64,000 nt of DNA, taken from the NCBI GenBank assembly GCA_013115145.1, contig JAAPAO010000108.1:11493-75492 (forward strand), read 5' to 3'. Under the pieces are notes generated by a model, which did not search any database, was not told where the DNA came from, and saw only the letters and a list, made by a program, of their open reading frames with translations. Shown here piece by piece: positions 52,289 to 64,000 of the stretch. Within the stretch, counting starts at the first letter, position 1. Every line of letters starts with the position of its first letter. A program made the translations under genes and the position numbers. This DNA is from Perkinsus chesapeaki ATCC PRA-425 (taxonomy: Eukaryota > Protista > Perkinsozoa).

Positions 52289-53750
52289 TCAGCATCCCCA
52301 CGGATCTTTAATCTCACTAGAGCCTCTCAAGGGTACACGGGAGAACGTCAAGCGGTAGCCTTCGACGAGGAAGATTGGGCGAAACCTGAAGAGGACAGGA
52401 AACATACACAACGGCATTGAATGCCCCAATCATTCGCTATCAGTCGAATACAGCAAATGAACGCCCAATTTGAAGCCACCACCTACTCCTCCTCCGAATC
52501 AGTAGCGACGGCCTTTTTGCTATAGTGCAACAGATTTGCGTCGAATCCTTGCAGCTTGGCTGGAACGATTTGTACAACTTTGCGGGAACTTGATTGTTGC
52601 AGCTGCTTACCCTGGAAACTAGTTGCAACCTAGCAATCGAGTTTGCACTTACGCTGACTGCATCACTGAAAAGCGCTGCTACAGAAGGCGCAGTGAAATT
52701 AATAAAACAATATCCGTAGTTGGCTCGAGTATTATGATCTGACATTAAAACTACTAACGACACAGAAACGAAGGCGGATTGTCACCAATAGGGAGATAGA
52801 AGAAGTCAAAGGTCCCTCCGAAGCCTAGGGTATTTATCTCGGCTATCAGCTCGGATTGTGTATAACGGTTTGGAATGTGCCTGAATAACCGGCTTATAGG
52901 CGCCGCCGACTCTAAGAGCGACTTGGCACCTCATCATAAGGGTCGTTATGCTATCTTGTGTCAGTTGTGGCGAAGTCGGTATGGAGTCCTAATGGGGAGA
53001 GATTCACGGCGCTCACTTATAGCGACGCACCTTCCTCAAGGCTCTATCTCTTTTTGCTACTGAATGCTTCTTTTCGGGCGCGCGAGAACTCCTTGGTGGC
53101 TTGAGGCGTGCTTCAGGTACGTCATGTTGATAGTCAAGCTGCTGATAACATGAGCTAGCACTCTGACCCGAACGTGATAGCTCGGATCCGAGAGGTCCTG
53201 AAGAGACGCTACGGAAATCAGCCATGATCCCTCCGAGGACTCACCTCCAAATGCTAAACACCTAGGAACAGCGACTTGATCGGATAAAGTAAACCCCGGG
53301 GGCCTAATACAAAGTACCACTAGACCGTGGGGGAATCACTAACTTTTTGGATATACAGCAAGTGTCGCCAGCATTCACTGGAATACTCGCTTGGAACTCT
53401 GTATCAGCGCCGCTATGGGGATTGGGCACCTAATGTTAATGGAAGTGAGGCAGCAAAAGAAGGAGCAGCCCTACTAGGTGCCCCACTGGATGTAGGGTGC
53501 ACAGAGGCCTAAAGAGGTCTCTTGGTGAGACCTGAAATAACGCCATACTCCAGACAGGGTGCACAGGATGCACAACTCACATGCGAACCACAAGTTCTGC
53601 ACACTCGAGCATGCTGTTCGGCAACAACTGGAACTTCTCGGGGCACGGCGATCTTTTGAGAGGATGCACAAGGCGCTGCTGCAGCAACCATAAAGAGAGT
53701 AAGCTGAAGCGTGGTCAGGAAGCCAAGTCAGGTGCTTATTATAACACATC
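52289..53750 (-). CDS. Mei2-like RRM3-only protein 2 (start uncertain)
   Basis: TTLMMR|HIPNRYTQSEL...FDFFYLPI|..NYGYCFINF...LQGFDANLLHY...|FRPIFL. Confidence 0.88.
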
Positions 53751-53935
53751 TCTCCGGGACGCTATAGACTAACAGCACCATATGGAGGGATCAAGATGGG
53801 AAACGACATGGCATGGAAAAACCTCGCGGGCGAGATAGATACTCGGATGAATTGAGCGGAAAATGATTGGGAAAAATAACCATCGTAGTGAATATCCGGG
53901 AAGAGTTCGGGAGATTGGAAAAGAACGATACTACA

Positions 53936-55150
53936 CTAACCCCATACTAGGATTAAAGATACAACAACGCAGCCGGTGCTTCGAGTAGCTAACGGTCTGC
54001 TGCTCGATAGCTGCAGTAACTGAGTATGCAATACAGGCCCTTCAATATGGGAGAAACCAAGAAAGCATCGCCTCAATCCTGATTTCGAAGTCGGATTCAT
54101 CTCGTCGAAATCAGAAGCCTGTCGTGAGCTCCAGGAGCTCAGCTCCTCGTTCAGCGCTAAAGTCTTTCCCTTCATCAAGAATATAGGTTGATGAATGATG
54201 CGGTATCATCATTCTCACCGTCGTCAGCAGTTCGTACTCCTCAGGTAGAGCTTTGAACACTGGGCTGCCATGATAGTGACGAAGGTTCGCCTCGAAGCCT
54301 TGCAGTACCGCAGGGACCACCTCGGTTGTCCAACGGATGGACAAGCGCAGCACACGTCTGCCCTATGAAGTAGGACCCATGCTGGACGACCGAATGATTT
54401 CTCCTCACGTGAAAGAAAGCTGCAAACCTCTTCATTGTATCATAATCCTCCAAGTTCACCAAACAGTAACCGTCATTGCGCCTCCGATAGCGATCTGAGT
54501 GTATCATTGGTGGCAAAACGCCCACGAACCAACGGTCTACCGAAGGGCAAATAGAAGAAGTCAAACTTTCCTTGGAAGCCTGCATCGTCTATCTCCTCAA
54601 TTAAACCCGATCGTGTATACTGACCTGGTACGTTCCTGATCGAACGAGGATATCACATAACATACAGCAAAAATTAAGCATCAACAATCTTATTGATAAT
54701 AACTCGATTCCTGACAAACCTTGCGAGCCGGGATCGTGTAGGACCGCACCACAAAGGAGAACCCTGTTGTTCAAGCAAGTGAGGGCGTCACGTCACAGGC
54801 AGCATGTGTCACCTCATCATCACGGTAGTGAGCACCGGCAGTTCTTCAGGTAGCTCCAGTTGCATCACCGCTCTTCCACAGAGTCGCACTGTCCCATGTA
54901 TTCTACCGGCACGGAAGCACCGGACTCTGCACTTGGCTCCTGGCGAAACGACCACGACACAACTAACCGGCCAGCTCTCGTTTAGTGAGCAAGAGCCTTT
55001 CACCTGCATGTCGTTTAGGAACATCAGGTCGATGGAGGAGGGGACCCTCGCACGGTGGGAAGGACATACCAATGACGTAGGAAGGAGCAGCTGAGACCAA
55101 TACGAAGCATCCAGCCAGCCAAGGCGCGGAAGACGCTGGACGATTCACCT
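53936..55150 (-). CDS. Mei2-like RRM3-only protein 3 (divergent)
   Basis: TTVMMR|NVPGQYTRSGL...FDFFYLPF|..NDGYCLVNL...LQGFEANLRHY...QPIFL. Confidence 0.82.
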
Positions 55151-55244
55151 ACTGTGACTGGATTTGCTCTCTGTCGCTGACGACTAAGAAAAAACGATAG
55201 CAACGATTATCGGTAAGTGATGGTCGGCACCTCAGTGGGAGCGG

Positions 55245-55686
55245 TCATCCATCCTGCTGACCACGAAACCCCTCCTGCTTCTCTCCCGGCTTAGCCACAA
55301 TCCCGCCATCTGGTGCTATTGCGGGGCCCGGAAAGTCCCCCAATGACGGTATGCGTAGGGTAGTCTTGCCATTGGGCATGATATATACTTGAGCAGGTAG
55401 CACATAGGGCAGTAGCTTACACCTTTGTTTATCTGATACAATAAACAACAACAACCGATGCGCGCAGTTCCAATCACCGCCTACCAGGGTCATGCGATGT
55501 CGAGCCTTCGTCGGCCGTTTAATCTTGCTCAAGACTTCCTTTATAGAAGTTTTTTATTGCTGCTGCTGCCAGGTATAGATGTAGGGAGCATTAAAAGGAG
55601 GAGAAACACCAAACCCTTCTAAACCGGCGATCAGAATGGCAATAACCCATAACCCAAGTGCAGCAAACACTAATCGTTTCATCATG
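55245..55686 (-). CDS. Possible small secreted protein
   Basis: MMKRLVFAALGLWVIAILIAGLEG signal-like start near 55686; downstream exon YIMPNGKTTLRIPSLGDFPGP; junctions unresolved. Confidence 0.35.
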
Positions 55687-56325
55687 GTGGCGCGACACAT
55701 CGAGACAGTCCTAGTCAGCAGTAGGCAGGAGCTGCGCCACCCAAATGGGCGTCAATGATAATCGTGACAACCCAGGTAGGAGCTACAGACGGCTACGGTC
55801 TCTATCTAACTAAAGGAGAACGAACGCGATGACGAGCAAGCCCCTCTGAATCCGGGTACTGAGCGGCATAACGGTGAGCGGCACAGCCTACCAACTCTCA
55901 TCGGTGATAATATGTAAAGGGAATTAAAGACTAATTTACTAATTTAGAGCAGAGATGGAAGGGCAGGGAGACATCAAAATAGCGGTAGCAGCAGCATCCT
56001 GGTCCATAGCCAAGATGAGAAATATAAATATGGGAAATACGGTATGAAAATAATAGTGGACTAGGGTAACAACTACGGAAGACTGGAAGCTGAAGGGGAA
56101 GCAGCCAGGGGCAGTAGAGGTGATCCACACTCGCTCTTGGTTCGGAGATGACGGAGATGCTCTCCATGACAGCGATGCCGATGTCTATGTCGATGACGGT
56201 GATGATGATAATGAGAAGAACTACGACCGTCTCGTGCATTCTCTCGTCCAGCATCAGCCGAGCAGCTTGATGAGTCTGTTCGCCTGAAGAACACGACACC
56301 TTCACCGTATTCCTAAGCCATCACT

Positions 56326-57230
56326 TCACCACTTGTCCCGGCTGTCTGCTCTGGTCATTTCAGATCCCGAATCTCCAGTGCTAGCGTGGCGCAACGTCGC
56401 CTTATACGCAGAACAGGTACCAGGATCGGCCTTTTTCCGTAGGAACTCGATAGCAGTGCCGTTGACCCAGAACAAGGGTCGGAATCTGATAGCATGAATG
56501 GCAAGCACTCACTGATGTCCGAGACTCACTGTGCCTTCATATCACCGCATACAGCCTTTCGAGAGTAGTGTTTGAGGTTAGCCTCGAAGCCTTGTATGGT
56601 GGCAGGGACTATCGATACGATCTTCTTGGAAGTGAACCGTTTCAGCGGTTTAGCCTAATCAGCCAGGAATCTAATCAATCTAATCAAGGCCGTGAATTAT
56701 CTTTACGTGGAAGGCCTGGTGAAAATTGGAAGCCAATTGAGGTGTGAGCATGTTGATGAAGCAGTAGCCAAAGTTGGCACCCGTATAGTGATCTGAGGGA
56801 GCACTGTATGCTAGAAATGATGGAAGGATAAGTTGTTACCCATTGGTAGATAGAAAAAGTCAAAGGAGTCTGCAAAACCAGCAACCTTTATATCACTTAG
56901 GAGCTCACCTTGGACGTACCGATTAGGAATATTTCTGACCAACCGGGAAACATTTACCACACAAGCGACCGCTGCCGTGATATTCACTGGCTTACCGCAT
57001 CATAAGGGTGGTAGGAGGCATAAGACAGTGCTGCGGTAAAGTACAGATGCACGGGGGTTGGGGCGCAGCGATTATTGGAGGAGGAGGAGGAGGACACGGT
57101 ATGACGTATTGCTAAGAAAAGGCATACTGCAGTAGTGGAAACATCGTAAAGCGAGCGGGGGAGGAGTCCATAAAAGCTTCAAGGGTGGCTCGGAGTTCGG
57201 CCCGTACTACCGAAATATCATCATACTAAG
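56326..57230 (-). CDS. Mei2-like RRM3-only protein 4 (start uncertain)
   Basis: Poly-Pro then TTLMMR|NIPNRYVQGEL...FDFFYLPM|..NFGYCFINM...IQGFEANLKHY...|FRPLFW. Confidence 0.88.
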
Positions 57231-57633
57231 GTACCGTTGAGTGCAACTGTCCATGCCAAACCGAGACGAATGCCACAGACCGTCACAGCGAAAGAATATC
57301 AAACAAGAGCGGGGAGGATGTAAGTACTGTAACATAACGTGTATTTATTAGATCCAATCTTTAGTGGATCAAATCGATAATCGAGACTAAGCTCGAATAA
57401 GAGAACCGAATAACCTTAGTTTCATCACGCTTTTCTTCGCTCCCGTTAACCCTTAAAGGCGACAGTGGTGGAGCGATGTACATGCGTGCGCGACCGAGGG
57501 CGAAAGCTCTGTCTGCTGCATGACAACGGCGGTCGTCGAATAAGCGATTAAGTCGCGGATTTTGCCCACAAGCTACTTAAATAGATGATTGCCCATATAC
57601 ACGATCGTTTTAATCGATTATATAACGATTCCG

Positions 57634-58012
57634 ATGTCGTGTTCTACCGCTTTGCCCGGTCCCATCCCTCCACTGTATCCAGACGACGTCTGCCCAGGGA
57701 GCCCCCCTCCCAGTTGCGTCAATGTAAACGGAGCCTGCTGCTGCTGCCCGTTAGACTCTGGTACACTAATAAAGAAGTTGTTGTGTATCGGTAAACCTAA
57801 TGAACCCTTCTTTTTCCTAGTCGCCTATTATCAAACTACTTTGATGTGGCACGGGAGTATACCCCGGTGGTGGCGGCGGTGCTGGAACGCCTTGCCATTG
57901 GCTCGCAGGCTGATACTGGATGCTTGGCTGCAGCCCTAATACAACCAACTAGCTTGGAGCCACTTCTCCACCGCTACCCAAAGGCAAAGCATCATGTACA
58001 GTAGGGTGGGTT
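57634..58012 (+). CDS. Small Cys/Pro-rich hypothetical protein
   Basis: MSCSTALPGPIPPLYPDDVCPGSPPPSCVNVNGACCCCPLDSG; second exon frame ambiguous. Confidence 0.35.
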
Positions 58013-58092
58013 GAAGGTCTTGGTAGCCCTAATTGAGCCCGCCTGCGTACAATAGGCCAGGACTTCTACCTTGTCGGTGCCGAGCTGGTCTT

Positions 58093-58578
58093 TCATAGTG
58101 CTGCTGCATGGGAGCAGAATACGCAACGTGTACCTAAATGCCGCCCCTCATGCACTCCGTCATGAACTGGGGCTCTTCTTGTGCATACCGAATGCATCCT
58201 TCCTCTATCACCCCTATGAGAGTGATGACCATGCTTCCTAGATGGCTGATGCGAAGATGAGAAGCTTGAGGGATTTTGTGTACACCCCGGCAATACAGCT
58301 GCAGACTGTCGACTGTATTTTCCTGCACGATTGCAGAGGTACAGTAAAGCCTTATCTCTCGCTCTAGAGGCATGTTCGGACAGCTGGTGCTGATGTGAGG
58401 CCACGTCTATCTGACCAACGCGGCAATAAGTCTGACGAAGGCAAGCGAATTCTACCTCATTCGGGCTTGGTACAAGATGCGCTCTCGGTAGCGCCCCAAG
58501 GGGCGTAGTTTGCATCGATTGCAAAAAGGAACACCTGCTGCTTTCAACGCCATCAATCGGACTTCCATTGATTAACAT
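58093..58578 (-). CDS. Possible small hypothetical gene
   Basis: Two overlapping open frames; no domain recognised. Confidence 0.3.
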   Translation of the reverse strand: MLINGSPIDGVESSRCSFLQSMQTTPLGALPRAHLVPSPNEVEFACLRQTYCRVGQIDVASHQHQLSEHASRARDKALLYLCNRAGKYSRQSAAVLPGCTQNPSSFSSSHQPSRKHGHHSHRGDRGRMHSVCTRRAPVHDGVHEGRHLGTRCVFCSHAAAL

Positions 58579-58612
58579 AAATACTAACTCAACAACAATG
58601 CCACAAACGGAG

Positions 58613-60010
58613 CTAAATCTTCAACGCTCTTGTTCCTGTATCGCTCCCTTTAGGCCGAAGTAACGTATCCCGGCTAATCTCCACCTTATTATGTGAACAG
58701 AATCCCTGACAAAGCCACACCACCATGCCCCACCAGCCCCCAGCTGCATGCACCTCAGTACCGTGCCACCGGCTTGCAAGTGAATAACATCTTTTTTCAG
58801 GTCCAGCTTCTTACCAGTTACAGGACATCGTGGATCGTCCTGCTTCTTCATCAGTTCATCAAACCTACCACTGAACTACTCAACATCCGTTCCCCTCTGA
58901 TAGCTACACTTTCTCAATGATGACCACCCCCGATGGTCGTAGTAGCACGCATTTCTGATGCGTGATGGGCTTCTTAGACACCGCACAGCAATACATACCC
59001 TGAATCCCCCAGTACCAATGAACACCGGCTAATACATCCTACAGAGTAATCCGTGTTATTGCCCTTGGATGGATCTGTCAGCTCGAACTTTACTGGTATC
59101 AAATCCTTCAACCGCAGCCTTTTGCCGGTCATAGGGCATCTGATGACGGACCGTAAGCTACCCCCAGATAAACCGCGCCGACCTTGGCACCAAACTCTCG
59201 GGCTTCTTCACGTCTTTTTGGAACTCGGGCATTTCCTCGGCTGTCCAGAAAGACTTTGACCGAGCCTCCGACTTGTTCTCCCACGGAATTGTTATACCGA
59301 CTGCCATCAGAGCCCATTACCCATACCGTTTCAATGCCCTTATTACCAGATCTTGCAGCGTCATCCTTATTGACCGGTGTGTTAGTGGAGACGCTTCCAC
59401 TGCTGATGTCCGAGAGAGAAGTCTGGAACTTGTGAGCCCTGTAACACACAAGTCGATGAGATGGCATTTTAATTACATAGAGCCACGCATCAACATAAGA
59501 TTCTCTGTTTCCGAATCCGCCTATTGCGACTCTACCTGTTAACATCCTTCTCCTGAGCCTTCAAGTCCTCAAACGCCTTCTTATTGGCCTCTTGTTGATC
59601 ATACAGTGCCATCTCCTGATCCTACATTACTTAGCAGATACGAGAAGTTGTCACCTCTTTCATCCGAGCGCGTTCCTTAACCAGGTACTCTATAACTGTG
59701 GAACGATCGTATCTATTAATATCTACCCACTCCCACTCTGGCGTCTGCTTACATGTAACCAGTAACCGGTGACGCCATAGGCTCCTTTGCCGGCCTCAGT
59801 GATATACAGCACATACCGAATGGTAATTGGGACTCAGCACCTACACGAGGAAGCTTGCTGAGCAAAGGGCATCTTCCGCAAGGGCCTGGCTGGGCACCCT
59901 GGGTATTGGATATTACCAATTCGCTCGGTCACTTGCCCGAAGCCGCACTTCCTCCGTTCAGCGTTGGTGATAAAGGAACGATCTGTCTGATTCTGGGAGT
60001 GACGTGTCAT
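58613..60010 (-). CDS. NOSIP: Nitric oxide synthase-interacting protein (RING/U-box-like E3, spliceosome-associated)
   Basis: MTRHSQNQTDRSFIT...SQLPFGMCCISLRPAKEPMASP...EYLVKE...CPVTGKKLDLKKDVIHLQAGGTGF. Confidence 0.88.
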
Positions 60011-60387
60011 ATTATTGAAGGCTGCTGATAAAGCCTGTCATCGAGGTTTGCCTATTAACGGAGGGGCGTTCCGTGAAGGAGTTCGGAGACTCAGCATCCA
60101 TACAGACTCCTACACTTCAAGTAAGAGCCCAGTATAAGCAAACCCCTTATTAAACTCGGTTCTACATTTACATTTCACTTGAAAAATATCTTCATCAATC
60201 CAAAAGTACGACGTGGTAATTTCGAGTGAGAATGCTCGGATGTATCGCTCCGCTCGACGAAGGGCTTCGAGACCCGCGTCGAATTTACCGCGCAGGTTCT
60301 AATCCCATTGCTTATCAATTCTAACGAATTTTTTCCTCGGCTCCACTCTCGCATGGCAACGAGACCTCTCTTCAGTTGCCCCTTACC

Positions 60388-61020
60388 ATGACTTTACCCC
60401 GACAAATAGCATTCCTGGCTTCAGCCATAATGATGATGGTTATGGTATTACAAGGTTGTGGGTCAAAGGTGAGTTGAAAAGTATCCTATATCACGTTTAC
60501 CTCAGTGCTCATTTTAGGATCAAACGTGCGAGTTTGATGGAAAGGCCAAGAAGGACCTCTCAGCTACCTTAGTGCGAGAGAAGGACTCTGTTGTATTCCA
60601 ACTGCAAAAACTTGTGTGCTCCAAGAATCGCACGTAAAGTTTCGCTCCTTGCTCGTCCACCTTGGGGTCCTCATATAACCGCTACCGTATCTTAACAACG
60701 CAGCTCTGCGTGTTAGGTACACCTTGGATGACATTCGTAAAACCTTCCAAGCGACCGACTGGGCATACGCCTCGAAAGCCGCAACGTGCGAGCAATTGCT
60801 CGGCGATTCCGATAACACCCTTTTGCAGCTATCAACAGAAAGCCATCTCACTGTATTGTGTAATATAATGCAGACTGGTAACACAGCAACGTGGCCCTCG
60901 ACTATCCACACACAAACGGGCACAGGAGGGTCAGTCAATCTACCTCTACCAAATGCCCAGTACGGCGCTTCTGGTTTGAGAGGCCCTTCTCTTGGACAAG
61001 GTGTTCTCAGTGCTGGATGA
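60388..61020 (+). CDS. Predicted secreted or membrane-anchored protein (spliced)
   Basis: MTLPRQIAFLASAIMMMVMVLQGCGSK|gtgagt; last exon 60724..61020. Confidence 0.55.
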
Positions 61021-61359
61021 CTTATTACCGCTCCTTTACCATGATAACATACCGTTAAGTGTTCTTGACGTTAACCCAAATGGGAGATGGTGTTGTCAAT
61101 AGCTAAACGAATATCTCAACACGATCTGCAACACGCGATGATATAGGCTCCTGTATCGGATATAGGTTAATACCGTTTTGTGAATCGGGGTATAGTAAAA
61201 CCCGTATTATCGTACACGTTTTACTTCAGCCCCTTGATGCATTTACTTCCCCTTCACATCTGTTACATCATCTTCGTGCTTTCCACTGCGTTATCCACTA
61301 AATTCCGCGTGGCTTCGAAGGTAACGACTTAATCCCCGACAATACTAGCACATCCACTA

Positions 61360-62570
61360 CTCAGGATGAATGCCTATTCGTGAGTGAGAGGCTCCCTGAT
61401 GTTGCTATGCAGCTTCTGAAAGATGGCGATCATTTCAAAGTTAAGCGAATGCATTGCTCTCAAGCCAAAGAGTAAGCGATTACAGCTTTCTTGTCTACAG
61501 GACTCGTTCAGGTTCTCTTATGATCAACTCCCGGAGCTCCATGTTAGTCCCAGCGGAACATGTCTCGATACGCTTCAACGATATAAGCTCACTTTAGAAG
61601 AGATATGGGTGTCCGTTTGCCGATGATATTCGTACCACCGATGGCCTTTTGGTTGTTGAAGGTCTTTTTTGAGTTGAAGTGAAGCATTCAAACCGGCACT
61701 CGCAAACGCAATACCGTTACATAATACATATCGCACAACATGTAACCGACTAGTCGGTAGTAACGTATGACCTTTGGTCATCACACTAATAGCAATTCAA
61801 TCCTCCTCTTCTTCAACCCCATCCTCAGTTTCACCAGACTTATCAACGCGCTGATCTGTGCTGCTGCTGCTCCCAGCACGAGCCTCGCACAATGCCTTCA
61901 CAAAACGGTGGCTTCGTTTCGCGTAAGCTAAGGGGCTCAGCGAGAAATCCTTCATTCCCAATTTGGTGTATATGCGTCTGACAGCGGTTCGACAATCATC
62001 AACGTCCCCTTTACCGGTCGTCACATGCCCTTCGATCTTTATGGGACTGAATGGGCGGCCATGATGCCCAACGGTGGTCCGAAGTTACTACCTCATATGG
62101 AAAGGGCATTCTGACCGATCCTTGTCTATCATATAGACAAGGTCTCCAGATGTATCATTGTCATTCAATTTAAAGTAAATATGATACTTCTTCCCGTAGA
62201 ACTTGGACTTCACGTAGCAACCCCTTTCGTTGAGCTTATCAGGATATATCTGACAGCGGCAGCATTACATCAAGCTTCTCGGAAGATGCTCATAGAGGTA
62301 TTAATAGTTAAAGCCATTTTCGGCGTTGGACTATAAATACATGCATGCACAACAGCAATCCCCAAAATGCCGAGACCCTACCGCCAAAGACAGCTCATTC
62401 CACCGGTGACTCTGTCCCTTGGCTACTGCCTTCTTAATGAACTTTAAAGGCCCCTTCTGCTGTATGCATATCGCAACCGGAGCAACCGTCATTAGAAGTA
62501 GAAGGGTTGTTGGGTTCCCCAACGGTGATATCATTAAGAGTATTTCAACACCTGGAAAAGACAATGCCAC
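61360..62570 (-). CDS. Hypothetical spliced gene
   Basis: Co-oriented ORFs 62331..62570, 61797..62024 and 61575..61784 with splice candidates. Confidence 0.4.
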
Positions 62571-62939
62571 TAACTAGTATTGCGGCGAATTTATCGACGC
62601 TCCTAGTCAAAGTTGGAGCCCGTACGCACGAAATTCCAAGCTTCGTGATCGCACGTTAAAAAACGTGAACGAGACACGCTTCGCTCCGCTCGACCGAATG
62701 TGTACAGAGCGGCAGCCGCTCAGCGGCTCACTGCAAGCCATTCCGAGACTTGATCCTGAATAGCGGAAGGACAAAGGACTGTAGCGATAGTGAAATATAG
62801 CGCATGGGGGGATTGCGCACTTGCAAGATAATTTGCACAACTCGACACAACGTAGACATGTGACACAACGTATGCGTGCGAGGCGGGGGTACAGCTAGGC
62901 ACACTGGTGTATCCCAATTCGTCCAGCGCCAACTCGTCC

Positions 62940-64000
62940 AGTGATCAGCTGGTCCATGAGTTGAACTCGTACACCATAGATTCGTCCACTACCAAGTCAT
63001 CCACTGCCAATTCATCCAGAAACTGCTGGGCGACTAGGACCAACTGGGACAGTGCCGGCTCTTCCACCGTAGTTTCGCTCGCCAACCGCTCGTCCAGCGC
63101 CAAATCATCCAGTGGGAGTTTCCCGTCCAACGCAACATTGACAGTCCTAAACCGAGACTTTACTTAATGGAGAACAATGCGCAAAGTTAACTCAACAGCG
63201 ATGTTTCCACTATCATAAACTTGTGAATCGGTACAAGGAATACCAGTCCGAAAGTTATGCCATGTAACTTATACGATAACCAATGAGGCTGCCAGTCTCA
63301 GACTGGTTTAGTCTGGAACTTCTTGTGGGCTTGACCATGCCAGGGCAGGACTGCAGGCCATGAAGGACGGGAGTCCCGTCACGGTACAACCTATCTGTAA
63401 TCAGGCTTACATTCTCACAAAACCAAGCTATACCAGCATTATTCTAGCAGCATACACAGGAGGAGTGGCTATTTACGCCTTTCTCAGACAAGCTTTTGTC
63501 TGCTTGCGATCTTGGGTTGATTGACGGCATGCTTTCCCACCTCTCAGTCTAGCGAACCGTTGATCAAAGTTGGGTATATCATCAAGAATAGTCGTCGCTG
63601 ACGACCCGTTAGTTATACTGACTCAGTATCTAGTAAAACGAAGGATACCGTACATAAGAAGCAGGATCCAGAGGAAATATGAGGTCGTATTGCGAGTCCC
63701 AATGGCCCCAATCTGGGACAGTCCCAATTATTGGAAGTTCCAATTTGGGACCCGATATGGTAGGTTGAATAATGCAGAGTATTCATCATGACGAAAGATT
63801 TTTATTAAAAATGACGATATACACCTTTTCAACGCCTATTTCGACAATAGTAACTTCTATTTCGACAGGCGAGTTCGGACGATAGTTGCCAGGTTCGAAC
63901 CCCGGTTGAGGTACCTGGTACTACCAGGGTGATGTCGTGTGCCCACTAGGCATGACGAGCTATGATGATAAGTTATGTAGGTTTCAGTATATCTGCCTTT
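62940..64000 (-). CDS. Probable spliced gene entering from the right edge
   Basis: Exon-like segments GFEPGNYRPNSPVEIEVTIVEIG, GTVPDWGHWDSQYDLIFPLDP, TILDDIPNFDQRFARLR; the 3' end may be the LDELA-repeat ORF. Confidence 0.35.

Overview
Gene-dense, intron-rich eukaryotic DNA. Introns are mostly GT-AG, 43-49 nt where they can be placed with confidence (AP4S1), and there are two assembly gaps of about 100 N. Gene content and style fit an alveolate, most likely Perkinsus; this is an inference, not a lookup. Recognisable genes: two tandem CAP/SCP genes, AP-4 sigma, an XMAP215/ch-TOG/MOR1 homologue with only TOG1-TOG2-TOG5, COX11, a multi-TM class I cyclic-nucleotide PDE, IMPDH, CDT1, four Mei2-like RRM3-only paralogues and NOSIP, plus many spliced hypothetical genes. 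The strongest novel signal is an ~8.6 kb cluster (17.6-26.2 kb) of seven co-oriented small disordered genes that show no obvious similarity except an aligned V-x-F-x8-[FY] motif, i.e. candidate PP1-docking (RVxF+PhiPhi) subunits. Also notable: six P-[ML]-x-S-Y-x-x-[LA]-Y repeats in the PDE tail, a fully fold-back Tc1/mariner-type MITE, three 20-22 bp minisatellites with a shared core, and E2F-consensus sites upstream of CDT1 and two RVxF genes. Exon boundaries were inferred by eye and are approximate.
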